Positions 28,647 to 38,608 of a stretch of 64,000 bases of DNA are shown in pieces. Under the pieces are notes generated by a model, which saw only the letters and a program-made list of their open reading frames with translations, was not told the origin of the DNA and did no database searches. The stretch is from the NCBI GenBank assembly GCA_963826785.1, contig CAWGYD010000001.1, positions 384,001 through 448,000 of the forward strand, written 5' to 3'. The position numbers were made by a program, and so were the translations under genes. Position 1 is the stretch's first letter, and each line of letters begins with the position of its first letter. Source of the stretch: an uncultured delta proteobacterium. Its GTDB lineage: Bacteria > Desulfobacterota > Desulfobacteria > Desulfobacterales > Desulfosalsimonadaceae.

Positions 28647-30160
28647 ATGCAAGATTTCAACGATTACAGCGTTTCCAAAAAAACATCCCTCAGAGATATC
28701 TTTTTCGTTCTCTTCAAGCATAAAAGCCGCATCGCCGTCTTTTTCCTGGGCATCATGCTGACCGCGAGCGTGGGGACGTTCTTCGCTTCCCGGATTTACC
28801 AGTCCGAGGCCAAGCTTTTCATCAACCTGGGAAGAGAAGAAGTGACGCTGGATTCCTCCGCGTCCAACCAGGGGCAGCGTCGGGTACAGGTCAGCCAGTC
28901 CCTTGAAAACCAGATCAATACCGAAGTCGATATCCTGCAGAGCCAGGAATTGCTGGAGCAGGTGGTAGCGAGCATCGGCGTGGGTGCCTTCATCAATGAC
29001 GGGGGCAAATACGGACCCGTCGGCAATTCCGCGGTGGATGAAATCCGCCTGAAACTCAAAAAGATGCTGGCCTTCCCCAAGCACGCCATTGCCAATTTCA
29101 TTACGCCATCAGCAGAATCCCGGACCCGGGGATGATCAGGTTACGGTCAAAAAGATCGCCAAGGACCTAAAGGACAGTCTCGATATCGAGTCCGTCAATG
29201 ACAGCAACATCATCGCGCTGATGTTTGAAGCGAAAAATCCCCAGCTGGCCCATGATGTGCTCCAGCAGCTCATCAATTTCTACATGGTAAAACACCAGCA
29301 GGTTCACGGAACGCCGGGATCATTCGAATTTTTCGAAAAGCGAAACCGCCAAATACCGGGAGCGGCTGGAAAAAACCGAACAGGAGCTCAGGGCGCTCAA
29401 GGACAGGATCAATATCTCCTCCCTTCAGGACCAGCGACGAATCCTTTCCGAGCAGACCGGCGCGATTCAACAGAAGCGCGAAGAAGTCGAAGCGGCTATC
29501 GCTTCGTATAAAGCCAAGGCAAACCAGGGCATAAACGAGTATTTTGATCTTTCAGTGGCAAGCGAATCGACCCGCTACCCCGAATCCAGCCTGGATGGCA
29601 TGCGCAAGCAGCTTTACGAATTGAAATTCAAGGAACAGGAACTTTTGTCCGTGTACAAGGCCGAAAGCGTTCCGGTTACAGAAATCCGGCGGCAGATCAA
29701 GGAGGCGGAATCGCTCCTCAAGAGGGCCCAGGAGGGGACCATTGAAGCACTTTCCGCAAAATCGGACGCACTGGGGCAGCAGCTGGCCAGGACAAACCAT
29801 GAATTGATCAAGCTCAATGATGCCGAGGTCCGGCTGGCCCAGCTGGAGCGTCAGAAGAAACTTCTGGAAGAAAAATATATCAAATATTCCGACAGTCTGG
29901 AGCAGACGCGGATCGACGAAGCCCTGAACATTGAAAAGATATCCAATATACGGGTAGCCCAGGCCCCTCTCATGCCGATTGCCCCCATACGGCCGAACAC
30001 GGGACTGAATCTGGTGATGGGGTTGTTCCTGGGCCTTTTCGGCGGGTTGGGACTGGCCTTTTTCCTGGAATACATCGATGAAAGCCTCCAGAAGCCGGAA
30101 CAGATCGAAGAGACACTCGAACTGCCGGTGCTGGGTTCGATCCAAAAAATGGTGAAATAA
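28647..30160 (+). CDS. GumC/Wzc-type polysaccharide co-polymerase with two +1 frameshifts (about 29118-29121 and 29336-29339)
   Basis: SLRDIFFVLFKHK + TM, YQSEAKL, INTEVDILQS; SNIIALMFEAKNP; coiled coil; PIRPN + TM + EYIDES..LELPVLG, spread over three successive frames. Confidence 0.85.
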
Positions 30161-30163
30161 AAA

Positions 30164-31570
30164 ATGTACCAGAATTTCTACCAGTTTTCCAGCAAACCGT
30201 TCGGCGTAACCCCGGATCCGAAATTTCTCTTTCTCAGCCACACCCACCGGGAAACCCTGGCATCGTTGATCTACGGCATACGGGAACGCAAAGGTTTTGT
30301 TGCCGTCATCGGTGAAGTGGGAACCGGCAAGACCACCCTTTTGAAGGCCACTCTGGAAAATCTGGATGACAATACCCGGTCGGCCTTTATCTTCAATTCA
30401 GACCTGGCCTTTGATGAAATATTGCACCATATCCTGGTGGATCTGGGTTTGACCGAACCGGAAAACGTGCTTCCCAAGTTCATGGCAATGGATCGTCTCA
30501 ACCGGTATGCCATCGATCGATTCTCCGAAGGCGGAAACGTGGTCATCATCATCGATGAGGCACAGAACCTGGACCTTCGCACCATGGAAAACCTGAGGCT
30601 GCTGTCCAATCTGGAAACCAGCCGGCATAAACTGGTTCAGATCATACTGTCCGGGCAGCCGGAACTAGATGACCTGCTGAGAAAAAAGGAACTCCGGCAA
30701 CTGGCCCAGCGGATCAACCTTCGCCGGTACATTTCTCCCCTGAGCGAGGATGAGACGTATCAATTTCTGGACCATCAGTTAAAAGTTGCCCAGTATCCGG
30801 GTGGCCGCCTGTTTGAAAAAGCCGCGCTCAAGCTGGTGTGGGAGTACTCCGGAGGCATTCCCCGGAAGATCAACATGCTTTGCGATAACGCCCTGCTGAT
30901 CGCATACGGCATGGGAAAGAAAAAGATCACCCCCTCGGTCATGCAGGAATCCATCCGTGACCTGAGCTGGAGCCCTTTTGCGGGCGGCGCTGCCGAAGGC
31001 GGCGGAAGTTCGCCGGAAACAGGCCGCAATCCCGGGCCGAACCCCAGGCACCGGTTTTCTCTTGCCGCCGGTATTTTGATGGCAACGCTTTTTCTCAGTG
31101 CAGCGGGGGCCGGCGTATGGATGTCCAGGGCATCGCTGCCCCGCCTTGCCGGCTTTTCATCCCAAAAGGGGGTTTCCCTGACCGCAGTCGGGGGCCTTCC
31201 CGCACCGATGATGCAAAAACAGCCAGCCGGTCAGGCTGAAACGGATGCGCCCGGGGTCCGGATGAAAAAACCCCTTGTGGAGACGCTCCCCCGGAGGTCT
31301 TCGGCACCGGTCGATGCCGGGGGTTCCCGGGAGGTGGTGATTCAAAAGGGGGACTACCTCTACCGGATCATCAAGGACGCATATGGAAAAGACAAGCAGA
31401 TGCTTTCCCTGGTGCTTAAGGCAAATCCCCAAATTGAGGACCCCAATCGCATTCTTCCGGGCCAGATCATTCGGTTGCCCGGATTAGACAGCCCGGAAAA
31501 ACCCGGCCGGATTGAGGAATATAACCTGACCAGTACAAAAAAACCCGTCTCGTCATCGGTCGAAGAATAA
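30164..31570 (+). CDS. ExeA/GspA-family AAA ATPase with TM and LysM domain
   Basis: PFGVTPDP, GEVGTGKTT, IIDEAQ, GQPEL, GIPRKIN; LysM IQKGDYL..ANPQIEDPNRILPGQ. Confidence 0.92.
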   Translation: MYQNFYQFSSKPFGVTPDPKFLFLSHTHRETLASLIYGIRERKGFVAVIGEVGTGKTTLLKATLENLDDNTRSAFIFNSDLAFDEILHHILVDLGLTEPENVLPKFMAMDRLNRYAIDRFSEGGNVVIIIDEAQNLDLRTMENLRLLSNLETSRHKLVQIILSGQPELDDLLRKKELRQLAQRINLRRYISPLSEDETYQFLDHQLKVAQYPGGRLFEKAALKLVWEYSGGIPRKINMLCDNALLIAYGMGKKKITPSVMQESIRDLSWSPFAGGAAEGGGSSPETGRNPGPNPRHRFSLAAGILMATLFLSAAGAGVWMSRASLPRLAGFSSQKGVSLTAVGGLPAPMMQKQPAGQAETDAPGVRMKKPLVETLPRRSSAPVDAGGSREVVIQKGDYLYRIIKDAYGKDKQMLSLVLKANPQIEDPNRILPGQIIRLPGLDSPEKPGRIEEYNLTSTKKPVSSSVEE

Positions 31571-31587
31571 AGGAAAGGAATGGTCGT

Positions 31588-32370
31588 ATGGGAAAAACAC
31601 ATCAGGCGCTGCAACGTGCTGAGAAGGAATATCAGGAAAAGTATCAGGTGCTGAAAGCGGACACCGACCGCGTCGATTCCCAGGAATCCCAGACCCGGAT
31701 GCCCACATTGCCATCGAAGTCAAAACCGCCGGTGCGGACCCGCGTCGAGGGATACCGGGATCAGTATGATTCCCTGAAAATCAATCTGTTCAGCCGATAT
31801 CCCGCGGAGCAGCTCAAGCTGATTGTATTCACCGGAACCGCATACGGAGACGGAAATTCCACTACGGCGGTGAACTTCGTCACGTCTCTTGCCAAAGACC
31901 CCAAGCGTTCCGTGTGCATCATCGATGCGAATATTCAGAAGCCGTGCCTCCATCAGGTATTCAACCAGGACCTGAAAGAGGGGTTGACGGATTTTCTGGC
32001 GGCGGAAAATGATGCTGAACCCAGAATGGCCAGGATACAGGAAAACCTGTTTTTCCTGAATTCGGGAAGCATCGGCAACCGTTCTTCCGGACTCTTGGAA
32101 TCCGCCAAATTCGAAGATTTCCTGGAAAAGGCGCGGGATCATTTCGACCATGTGATACTGGATTGCCCGCCGGTGTCCAATTTCCCCGAGACCCGCAGGC
32201 TGGCTTCAAGAGCGGACGGCGTCGTCCTGGTGGTTAACGCCGGCATCACCATGAAGAATGTGGCCCTGCGGGCAAAGCGGGATCTCAGCGAGGCCGGCGC
32301 CACTCTGCTGGGGGTGGTGTTGAACAAGAGGGAATATTTTATCCCCCGGTGGTTGTACTACAAGGTTTAG
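31588..32370 (+). CDS. CpsD/CapB-family tyrosine kinase-like protein (degenerate Walker A)
   Basis: GDGNST, IIDAN..KP, ILDCPP, ADGVVLVV, LLGVVLN. Confidence 0.85.
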   Translation: MGKTHQALQRAEKEYQEKYQVLKADTDRVDSQESQTRMPTLPSKSKPPVRTRVEGYRDQYDSLKINLFSRYPAEQLKLIVFTGTAYGDGNSTTAVNFVTSLAKDPKRSVCIIDANIQKPCLHQVFNQDLKEGLTDFLAAENDAEPRMARIQENLFFLNSGSIGNRSSGLLESAKFEDFLEKARDHFDHVILDCPPVSNFPETRRLASRADGVVLVVNAGITMKNVALRAKRDLSEAGATLLGVVLNKREYFIPRWLYYKV

Positions 32371-32450
32371 GGATTTATCCGTTTTTCTTCAGGATCAGAT
32401 AAATCAGGCCCGATCAACACAGTTCCGAAAAATACAGGCAGGAGGGGCTT

Positions 32451-33548
32451 ATGCGGCTCTTTGCAAATACATCAACCCTTAGACAGAAAAAATACAACGC
32501 CATTTATTCCAAGGAAAAATTTCAACTCGTACTGGACCAGGAGCGTGCCAGGGCGGACCGGAATGGAAACCCGTTTTCCTTGATTGTTCTCACCCTCGAA
32601 ACTGAGAGGGAACACGATGTTCACCGGCTTATTCAGACACTGAAAAACCGTATCCGTCTAATCGATCATCTGGGGTGGATCAGTCCCGGCCATATCGGCG
32701 TAATTCTCCCGGATACGCCTCATGAGGGCACAACTGAATTCATCAAGGATATTGAAAACAGGCTGGCATCGGAAAATCGTTTCTACTCCTATGAAATTTA
32801 CACCTATCCCAGTCACCAGATTGCCGGTGAAATCCTGAACCCGGAAATGCCGGCAGATGATAAAACCGCCGCACAGAAGGAAATTCTTCATTTTCTAGGC
32901 AGGCCGATTCCGGCCTGGAAGCGTTTCATCGACATCGTGGGGGCCGGCATGGCGCTGATTGTCCTGTCACCGTTATTTTTGATCATGGCGGTCTACATCA
33001 AGATCGTTTCCCCCGGCCCTGTTTTTTTCAGGCAGCAGCGCCTCGGATATCTCGGAAAACCGTTTGTCTGCTGGAAATTCAGAACGATGACCGCCGGGGT
33101 GGATCATGAAAAACATCGTGAGCATGTCTACAACCTGATCCGGAATGGCCAGAAGCTGACCAAACTCGATGACCAGCCCGACTCGGGCATTATCCCGTTT
33201 GGCAATATGCTGCGCAAACTCGGAATCGATGAACTTCCGCAACTGATCAACATCATGGCCGGGGACATGAGCATGATCGGCCCCCGGCCATGCATGGCTT
33301 ATGAAGCCGCCGAATTCGTCAACTGGCATTTCAGACGTTTTGATATTCATCCCGGACTGACCGGCCTGTGGCAGGTCAGCGGTAAAAACCGGACGACGTT
33401 TGAGGAAATGATGCGCCTGGATATCCATTACGGACGGAAACGGACGCTCTTTCAGGATATCATGATCTTTATAAAAACGCTGCCGGCGGTCATCCGCCAG
33501 GCAATAGAACCGAAAAAAGGGGAAATTCATGGAAAATCCGCCAATTAA
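32451..33548 (+). CDS. Priming sugar (phosphoglycosyl) transferase with N-terminal degenerate GGDEF-like domain
   Basis: KRFIDI, WKFRTM, IDELPQLIN, GPRP, PGLTGLWQV; N-terminal ERARADR..FSL..RLIDHLGW..ILPDT. Confidence 0.92.
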   Translation: MRLFANTSTLRQKKYNAIYSKEKFQLVLDQERARADRNGNPFSLIVLTLETEREHDVHRLIQTLKNRIRLIDHLGWISPGHIGVILPDTPHEGTTEFIKDIENRLASENRFYSYEIYTYPSHQIAGEILNPEMPADDKTAAQKEILHFLGRPIPAWKRFIDIVGAGMALIVLSPLFLIMAVYIKIVSPGPVFFRQQRLGYLGKPFVCWKFRTMTAGVDHEKHREHVYNLIRNGQKLTKLDDQPDSGIIPFGNMLRKLGIDELPQLINIMAGDMSMIGPRPCMAYEAAEFVNWHFRRFDIHPGLTGLWQVSGKNRTTFEEMMRLDIHYGRKRTLFQDIMIFIKTLPAVIRQAIEPKKGEIHGKSAN

Positions 33549-34554
33549 TGTTGCCGTTATCGGATGCGGATATTGGGGGCCGAATCTGATTCGTAACTTC
33601 TGGTCGCTTTCGGAATCCAACGTGGCGTTAGTCTGCGACAGGGATCAGAACCGGCTGAACCATATGAAAAAGCTTTACCATGTCGAAACAACCACTGATT
33701 ACCGGGAGGTATTCGAGAATCCGCAGATCGACGCTGTGGCCATTGCCACGCCGGTCTCATCCCATTATGAATTGGCACAGCAAAGCCTGAGGTCTGGAAA
33801 ACATACCTTCATCGAAAAACCGATCACAAGAACCACTGAGGAGGCCCGGAGCCTGGTCGGTCTTGCACAAGATCTAAACCGGGTGCTGATGGTCGGCCAC
33901 ACGTTCATCTATTCCAGTCCGGTCCGTAAAATAAAGGAAATCGTCGATTCGGGCGAAATCGGTCAACTGCTGTATATCAGCTCCCAGCGGCTGAACCTGG
34001 GGCTTTTTCAGAAGGACATCAATGTGGCCTGGGACCTGGCCCCCCATGACATATCGATCATCCTGTATATCATGGGCAAACAGCCCGAATCCGTAAACTG
34101 CCAGGGAAAAAATCATATCAGCGGTGCCATCGAGGATGTCACCAACATTTCCATGAATTTTCCCAACGGGGGATTTGCCACCATCCTCAGCAGCTGGCTG
34201 GATCCCAATAAAATCCGACGGATGACGTTTGTCGGAAGCAAGAAGATGATCCTTTACGATGACAATGAACCGCTGGAAAAGATCAGGATTTACGACAAGG
34301 GCGTCCAGGTGCCGGAATACTATGACACGTTCGGTGAATTCAATTATTCCTATCATTACGGGGATCTCACCGTGCCCTATATCAAGCAGGAAGAACCGCT
34401 CAAGGTTCAGTGCCAGCATTTTATCGACTGTATCCGTGAGGGAAAGAACTGCCTGTCGTCGGGAATTGAAGGGCTCAATGTCGTGCAGGTTCTGGAAGCG
34501 GCAAGCCACTCCCTCAGCAATGACGGCGTAAAGGTCAATATCCTGATGAACTGA
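33529..34554 (+). CDS. Gfo/Idh/MocA oxidoreductase (WbpB/WlbA-like)
   Basis: GCGYWGPNL, EKP, WDLAPHD. Confidence 0.9.
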   Translation: MENPPINVAVIGCGYWGPNLIRNFWSLSESNVALVCDRDQNRLNHMKKLYHVETTTDYREVFENPQIDAVAIATPVSSHYELAQQSLRSGKHTFIEKPITRTTEEARSLVGLAQDLNRVLMVGHTFIYSSPVRKIKEIVDSGEIGQLLYISSQRLNLGLFQKDINVAWDLAPHDISIILYIMGKQPESVNCQGKNHISGAIEDVTNISMNFPNGGFATILSSWLDPNKIRRMTFVGSKKMILYDDNEPLEKIRIYDKGVQVPEYYDTFGEFNYSYHYGDLTVPYIKQEEPLKVQCQHFIDCIREGKNCLSSGIEGLNVVQVLEAASHSLSNDGVKVNILMN

Positions 34555-34587
34555 TTGCAAATGATCCTGTCAGAAAATGGAGACAAC

Positions 34588-35130
34588 ATGAGTATCGGAA
34601 ACACCCTGCAGCGAATCGCCCCTGATGTCCGGCTGGGCAAGGAGGTTGCGATCTATGATTTTGTCAATCTTTACGGCTGCGAAATCGGCGATCATACCCG
34701 TATCGGGACTTTTGTCGAGGTTCAGAAAAACTCGCGTATCGGTCGGAACTGCAAAATCTCCAGCCACAGTTTCATCTGCGAAGGCGTGCACATCGAGGAC
34801 GAGGTATTCATCGGACACCATGTGGTGTTCATCAATGACCGGTATCCCCGGTCCGTGAATGCCGGGGGCGGCCTTCAGTCCGAGAGCGACTGGACATGCA
34901 TTGCCACCACGGTCAAAAAAGGCGCCTCCATCGGCTCCAATGCCACCCTGCTGTGCGGAATCACCATCGGTGAACATGCCATGGTCGGAGCGGGGAGCGT
35001 GGTCACCGCCGATGTGCCCGCGGGCGCCATCGTCGCGGGAAATCCGGCCAGGATTATCCGGATGGATGCAGCCTCCGGCAGGGCGATGGACGCATCTCCT
35101 GAAATGAAAGCGCTTCGGGAGCAAATTTGA
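34588..35130 (+). CDS. Hexapeptide-repeat N-acetyltransferase (WbpD/WlbB-like)
   Basis: VNLYGCEIG, FICEGVHI, NDRYPR, GASIGSNAT, GNPAR. Confidence 0.9.
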   Translation: MSIGNTLQRIAPDVRLGKEVAIYDFVNLYGCEIGDHTRIGTFVEVQKNSRIGRNCKISSHSFICEGVHIEDEVFIGHHVVFINDRYPRSVNAGGGLQSESDWTCIATTVKKGASIGSNATLLCGITIGEHAMVGAGSVVTADVPAGAIVAGNPARIIRMDAASGRAMDASPEMKALREQI

Positions 35131-35217
35131 CATATGAAAAACGAGCGGACAATCCCGCTGAAACAGCGCACATGTCCGGCTTCACCTCGGTAACTTTAAC
35201 CCGGAAATAGAGGATCA

Positions 35218-36342
35218 ATGCATATGACCGTTCCCTTTCTCGATTTAAAATCCCAGTACGCCCCGATTAAAGATGAAATCAGCGCTGCCATTTTTGAAGT
35301 CATTGATGATTGTGCATTTGCGGGCGGCCCCTATGTTGAGAAGTTTGAATCCGAATTCGCGTCTTTTTGCCGGTGCCGGGAGGCCGTGGGGGTGGGAAAC
35401 GGCACAGAAGCCCTGTGGCTCGCCCTGATCGCACTGGGGATCGGCCCCGGTCACGAGGTGATCACGGTCCCGAATACCTTCATCGCCACCACGGAAGCGA
35501 TCAGTTTCTGCGGGGCCACCCCCGTTTTTGTGGATATCGAGGAAAACACCTGCAATATGAATCCCGAACTGCTCAAGCGGGCCATCACCAAAAAAACCCG
35601 GGCCATCATTCCCGTGCACCTTTTCGGGCAGATGGCCGATATGGACCCCATTCTTAAAATCGCCCGGGATCACCACCTGTATGTGATCGAGGATGCCTGC
35701 CAGGCGCATGGCGCCGAATACCAAGGAAAAAGGGCGGGGTCCATGGGGGATGCCGGTTGTTTCAGTTTCTACCCGGGTAAAAACCTGGGCGCTTACGGCG
35801 AGGCCGGCGCGGTGGTGACCAGTGATCCCGCACTGGCGGACAAACTTCGTATCCTGCGGGACCATGGACAGCGCAAGAAATACGATCATGCCGCCATCGG
35901 CTGGAATGCGCGGATGGACGGCATCCAGGCAGCGGTCTTGAGCGTCAAGCTGAAATACCTGGACCAATGGAACGATTTGAGAAGGAAGCATGCCCGGATG
36001 TACATGTCGCTCCTTAAAGGCGTTCCCGAATTGACGCTTCCCCGGGAAGAAGAAAACCGGAAGCACATCTATCATGTGTTCGCCGTTAGACATTCGCATC
36101 GTGACATCCTGCAGGCGGAAATGGCCAATCGCGGCATCGCCTGCGCCATCCATTACCCGGTGCCGATTCATCTCCAGGATGCCTATTCCGGAATGGAAAT
36201 CAAAAAAGGACGGTTCCCCCTGGCCGAAAAAGCCGCATCCGAATTTCTCTCTCTGCCCATGTTCCCCGAACTCACCGGTGAACAGATCGAGACCGTCTGC
36301 GATGGACTGAAAATCTTCTGCCGCCATTCGAGCGCCAATTAA
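35218..36342 (+). CDS. DegT/DnrJ/EryC1/StrS aminotransferase (WbpE/WlbC-like)
   Basis: VHLFGQ, EDACQAHGA, SFYPGKNLGAYGEAG. Confidence 0.94.
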   Translation: MHMTVPFLDLKSQYAPIKDEISAAIFEVIDDCAFAGGPYVEKFESEFASFCRCREAVGVGNGTEALWLALIALGIGPGHEVITVPNTFIATTEAISFCGATPVFVDIEENTCNMNPELLKRAITKKTRAIIPVHLFGQMADMDPILKIARDHHLYVIEDACQAHGAEYQGKRAGSMGDAGCFSFYPGKNLGAYGEAGAVVTSDPALADKLRILRDHGQRKKYDHAAIGWNARMDGIQAAVLSVKLKYLDQWNDLRRKHARMYMSLLKGVPELTLPREEENRKHIYHVFAVRHSHRDILQAEMANRGIACAIHYPVPIHLQDAYSGMEIKKGRFPLAEKAASEFLSLPMFPELTGEQIETVCDGLKIFCRHSSAN

Positions 36343-36350
36343 AAGAACGG

Positions 36351-37298
36351 ATGATCCCCATGGTTTCCAACCGAGCAATGCTGAATCTGTATTACCTGAT
36401 CAAACCCTGCATCCCCCGGAAGTTTCAGATCAGGGCCAGGCGGCGGCTGTCCGAGATCATCAAGCAGAAAAACGGGGCCAGCTGGCCGATTTTGCCTGAA
36501 TCGGCCACCATTCCGTCCTGGTGGAAGGGCTGGAAGGATGATCGGAAGTTCGCCCTGATCCTGACCCATGATGCGGAATGGCAGTACGGGTTCGACAAAT
36601 GTGAATCGCTGATGGAAATCGAGAAGAACATGGGGTTCGTATCTTCATTCAACCTCGTGCCGGAACGCTACTGCATCGATATTGAAACCATCAACCGCAT
36701 CAAGGCGCAGGGGTTTGAGGTGGGGGTCCACGGCCTCAGGCATGACGGAAAACTGCTCCTGTCCAGGGAAATGTTTCTGGAGCGGTCCAAAAAAATCAAC
36801 GAGTATATTCGAAAATGGGGGGCGGCCGGGTTTCGGGCCCCTTCCATGCATCATGATCTGGAACTGTTCAAGCATTTAAACATCGCCTACGATGCCTCCA
36901 CTTTTGATACCGATCCCTTTGAACCGCAATCCGACGGGGTCCGTACGATTTTCCCGTTCTGTGTGTTAAACGGCTCCAGGAAGATCTGTTATTGGGAACT
37001 CCCCTATACACTGCCCCAGGACAGCACCCTGTATATCATTCTAAGGGAGGATTCAAACGCCATCTGGAAGAAAAAGGTGGACTGGGTCGCCCAGAACGGA
37101 GGGATGGCGCTTTTGAATACCCATCCGGACTATATGAATTTTTCCGGAAGCCAATTGGGTTTCGAGGAATACCCCCTGAAATTCTATGTGGATTTTCTGG
37201 ATTACGTAAAGACCAGATATGAAGGCCAATACTGGAATCCTCGTCCCGTGGACTTGGTTCACCATCTCAACCATGTATATCACAGCACCTTTAATTGA
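36351..37298 (+). CDS. Polysaccharide deacetylase-like protein
   Basis: LTHDAE, EVGVHGLRHD, GFRAP, ELPYTLPQD, THPDY. Confidence 0.7.
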   Translation: MIPMVSNRAMLNLYYLIKPCIPRKFQIRARRRLSEIIKQKNGASWPILPESATIPSWWKGWKDDRKFALILTHDAEWQYGFDKCESLMEIEKNMGFVSSFNLVPERYCIDIETINRIKAQGFEVGVHGLRHDGKLLLSREMFLERSKKINEYIRKWGAAGFRAPSMHHDLELFKHLNIAYDASTFDTDPFEPQSDGVRTIFPFCVLNGSRKICYWELPYTLPQDSTLYIILREDSNAIWKKKVDWVAQNGGMALLNTHPDYMNFSGSQLGFEEYPLKFYVDFLDYVKTRYEGQYWNPRPVDLVHHLNHVYHSTFN

Positions 37299-37375
37299 CC
37301 GTACCGTCCGGGGGGGTCTGATGAATATCGGAATCCGCGGACCGCTGCGGAAATGACGATATAAGAGGGCAGAAT

Positions 37376-38608
37376 TTGACTGATCGCCATAAAAAATCGC
37401 TCTGCATACTTCGCCACGGCTATTTCCCTCATGATTCGCGATTGATCAAGGAGGTCAATGCATTGATCGAGGCCGGATACAGCATCGACATCATCTGCCT
37501 CCGGCTGCCGGGTGAAAAATCGAGGGAAGTCAAAAAGAATCTGAGGATCTACCGGCTTCCCTACAAGCATCGGCGCAAAGGAATACTGGAGTATATCTTT
37601 CGATATCTTCTGTCGTTTACCATGATGTCGGCCATTGTCACCATTTTGCATCAAAAGCGCGGCTATGACCTGATCCAGGTCAATACCATGCCCGATTTCC
37701 TGGTATTCGCCACCTGGTACCCCCGTCTGACGGGCGCTAAAATCCTGCTGGATCTCCATGAACCGACCCCGGAACTCTGGAAATCCAAGTTCGAAAAACG
37801 CAAGATGCGCTTTTTGATCCGCTTCATGGAGCGTATCGAGCAGATGGCCATCTCCTATGCCGACCAGTCCATCACCGTCAATGAAACCATCCGGCAGCGG
37901 TTTATCGAGAGGGGTGCGGATGAAAAAAAGATTTCCATCATCCGCAATGTCCCCAGCGAGACGTTTCAGAAATCGGGGATCGCTCAGCTGCCGGAAGACC
38001 AGTTCAAGATCATCACCCATGGCTCCATCGAAAAGCGCTACGGCCATGAGTTGATTCTCCAGGCGCTCACACTGCTCAAGGACCGGATCCCCGGCATCCA
38101 CCTGTATATCGTCGGAGACGGGGAGGATGCCCCGCAGCTGCGCCAGAAAGTATCGGAACTGTCCCTTTCGGAAGATGTCACTTTTACCGGGTGGGTTCCC
38201 ATCGAAACGATCCCCCGGCTGATCGCTGCCGCGGATTTGGGGATCGTTTCCATCCTTCCCACCGCGTTTGGTGAACTGTGCCAGCCCAACAAGCTGTTTG
38301 AATATGTCGCGCTGCAGAAGCCGGTGGTCGCCCCTCGGCTGCCCGCCATTACGGAATCTTTCGATGACGATTCCCTGATATATTTTGAACCCGGAAATCC
38401 GGCGGACCTGGCAGACCGGGTCGAGGAATTTTACCGCAATCCCCAGATCAAATCCGAGTTGGCGCAAAATGCCTTCAGGGTTTACGAAAGGCTGAAGTGG
38501 AGCCGGGTGAAGACCGATTATGTCAAAGGGGTTGCATCCATGATTTCGGCATCCGGGTTGTTTGGACCGGCGCCGGCAGGAAAGGGCGCTGATGGATATC
38601 GAATATAA
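37376..38608 (+). CDS. Glycosyltransferase family 4
   Basis: DSRLIKE, DLHEP, VGDGE, PNKLFEY. Confidence 0.92.
   Translation: MTDRHKKSLCILRHGYFPHDSRLIKEVNALIEAGYSIDIICLRLPGEKSREVKKNLRIYRLPYKHRRKGILEYIFRYLLSFTMMSAIVTILHQKRGYDLIQVNTMPDFLVFATWYPRLTGAKILLDLHEPTPELWKSKFEKRKMRFLIRFMERIEQMAISYADQSITVNETIRQRFIERGADEKKISIIRNVPSETFQKSGIAQLPEDQFKIITHGSIEKRYGHELILQALTLLKDRIPGIHLYIVGDGEDAPQLRQKVSELSLSEDVTFTGWVPIETIPRLIAAADLGIVSILPTAFGELCQPNKLFEYVALQKPVVAPRLPAITESFDDDSLIYFEPGNPADLADRVEEFYRNPQIKSELAQNAFRVYERLKWSRVKTDYVKGVASMISASGLFGPAPAGKGADGYRI

Noticed and set aside
29125..29140. TGA in gumC/wzc as a second selenocysteine
   Set aside because: Homology continues in a different frame, so it is a frameshift, with no Cys context
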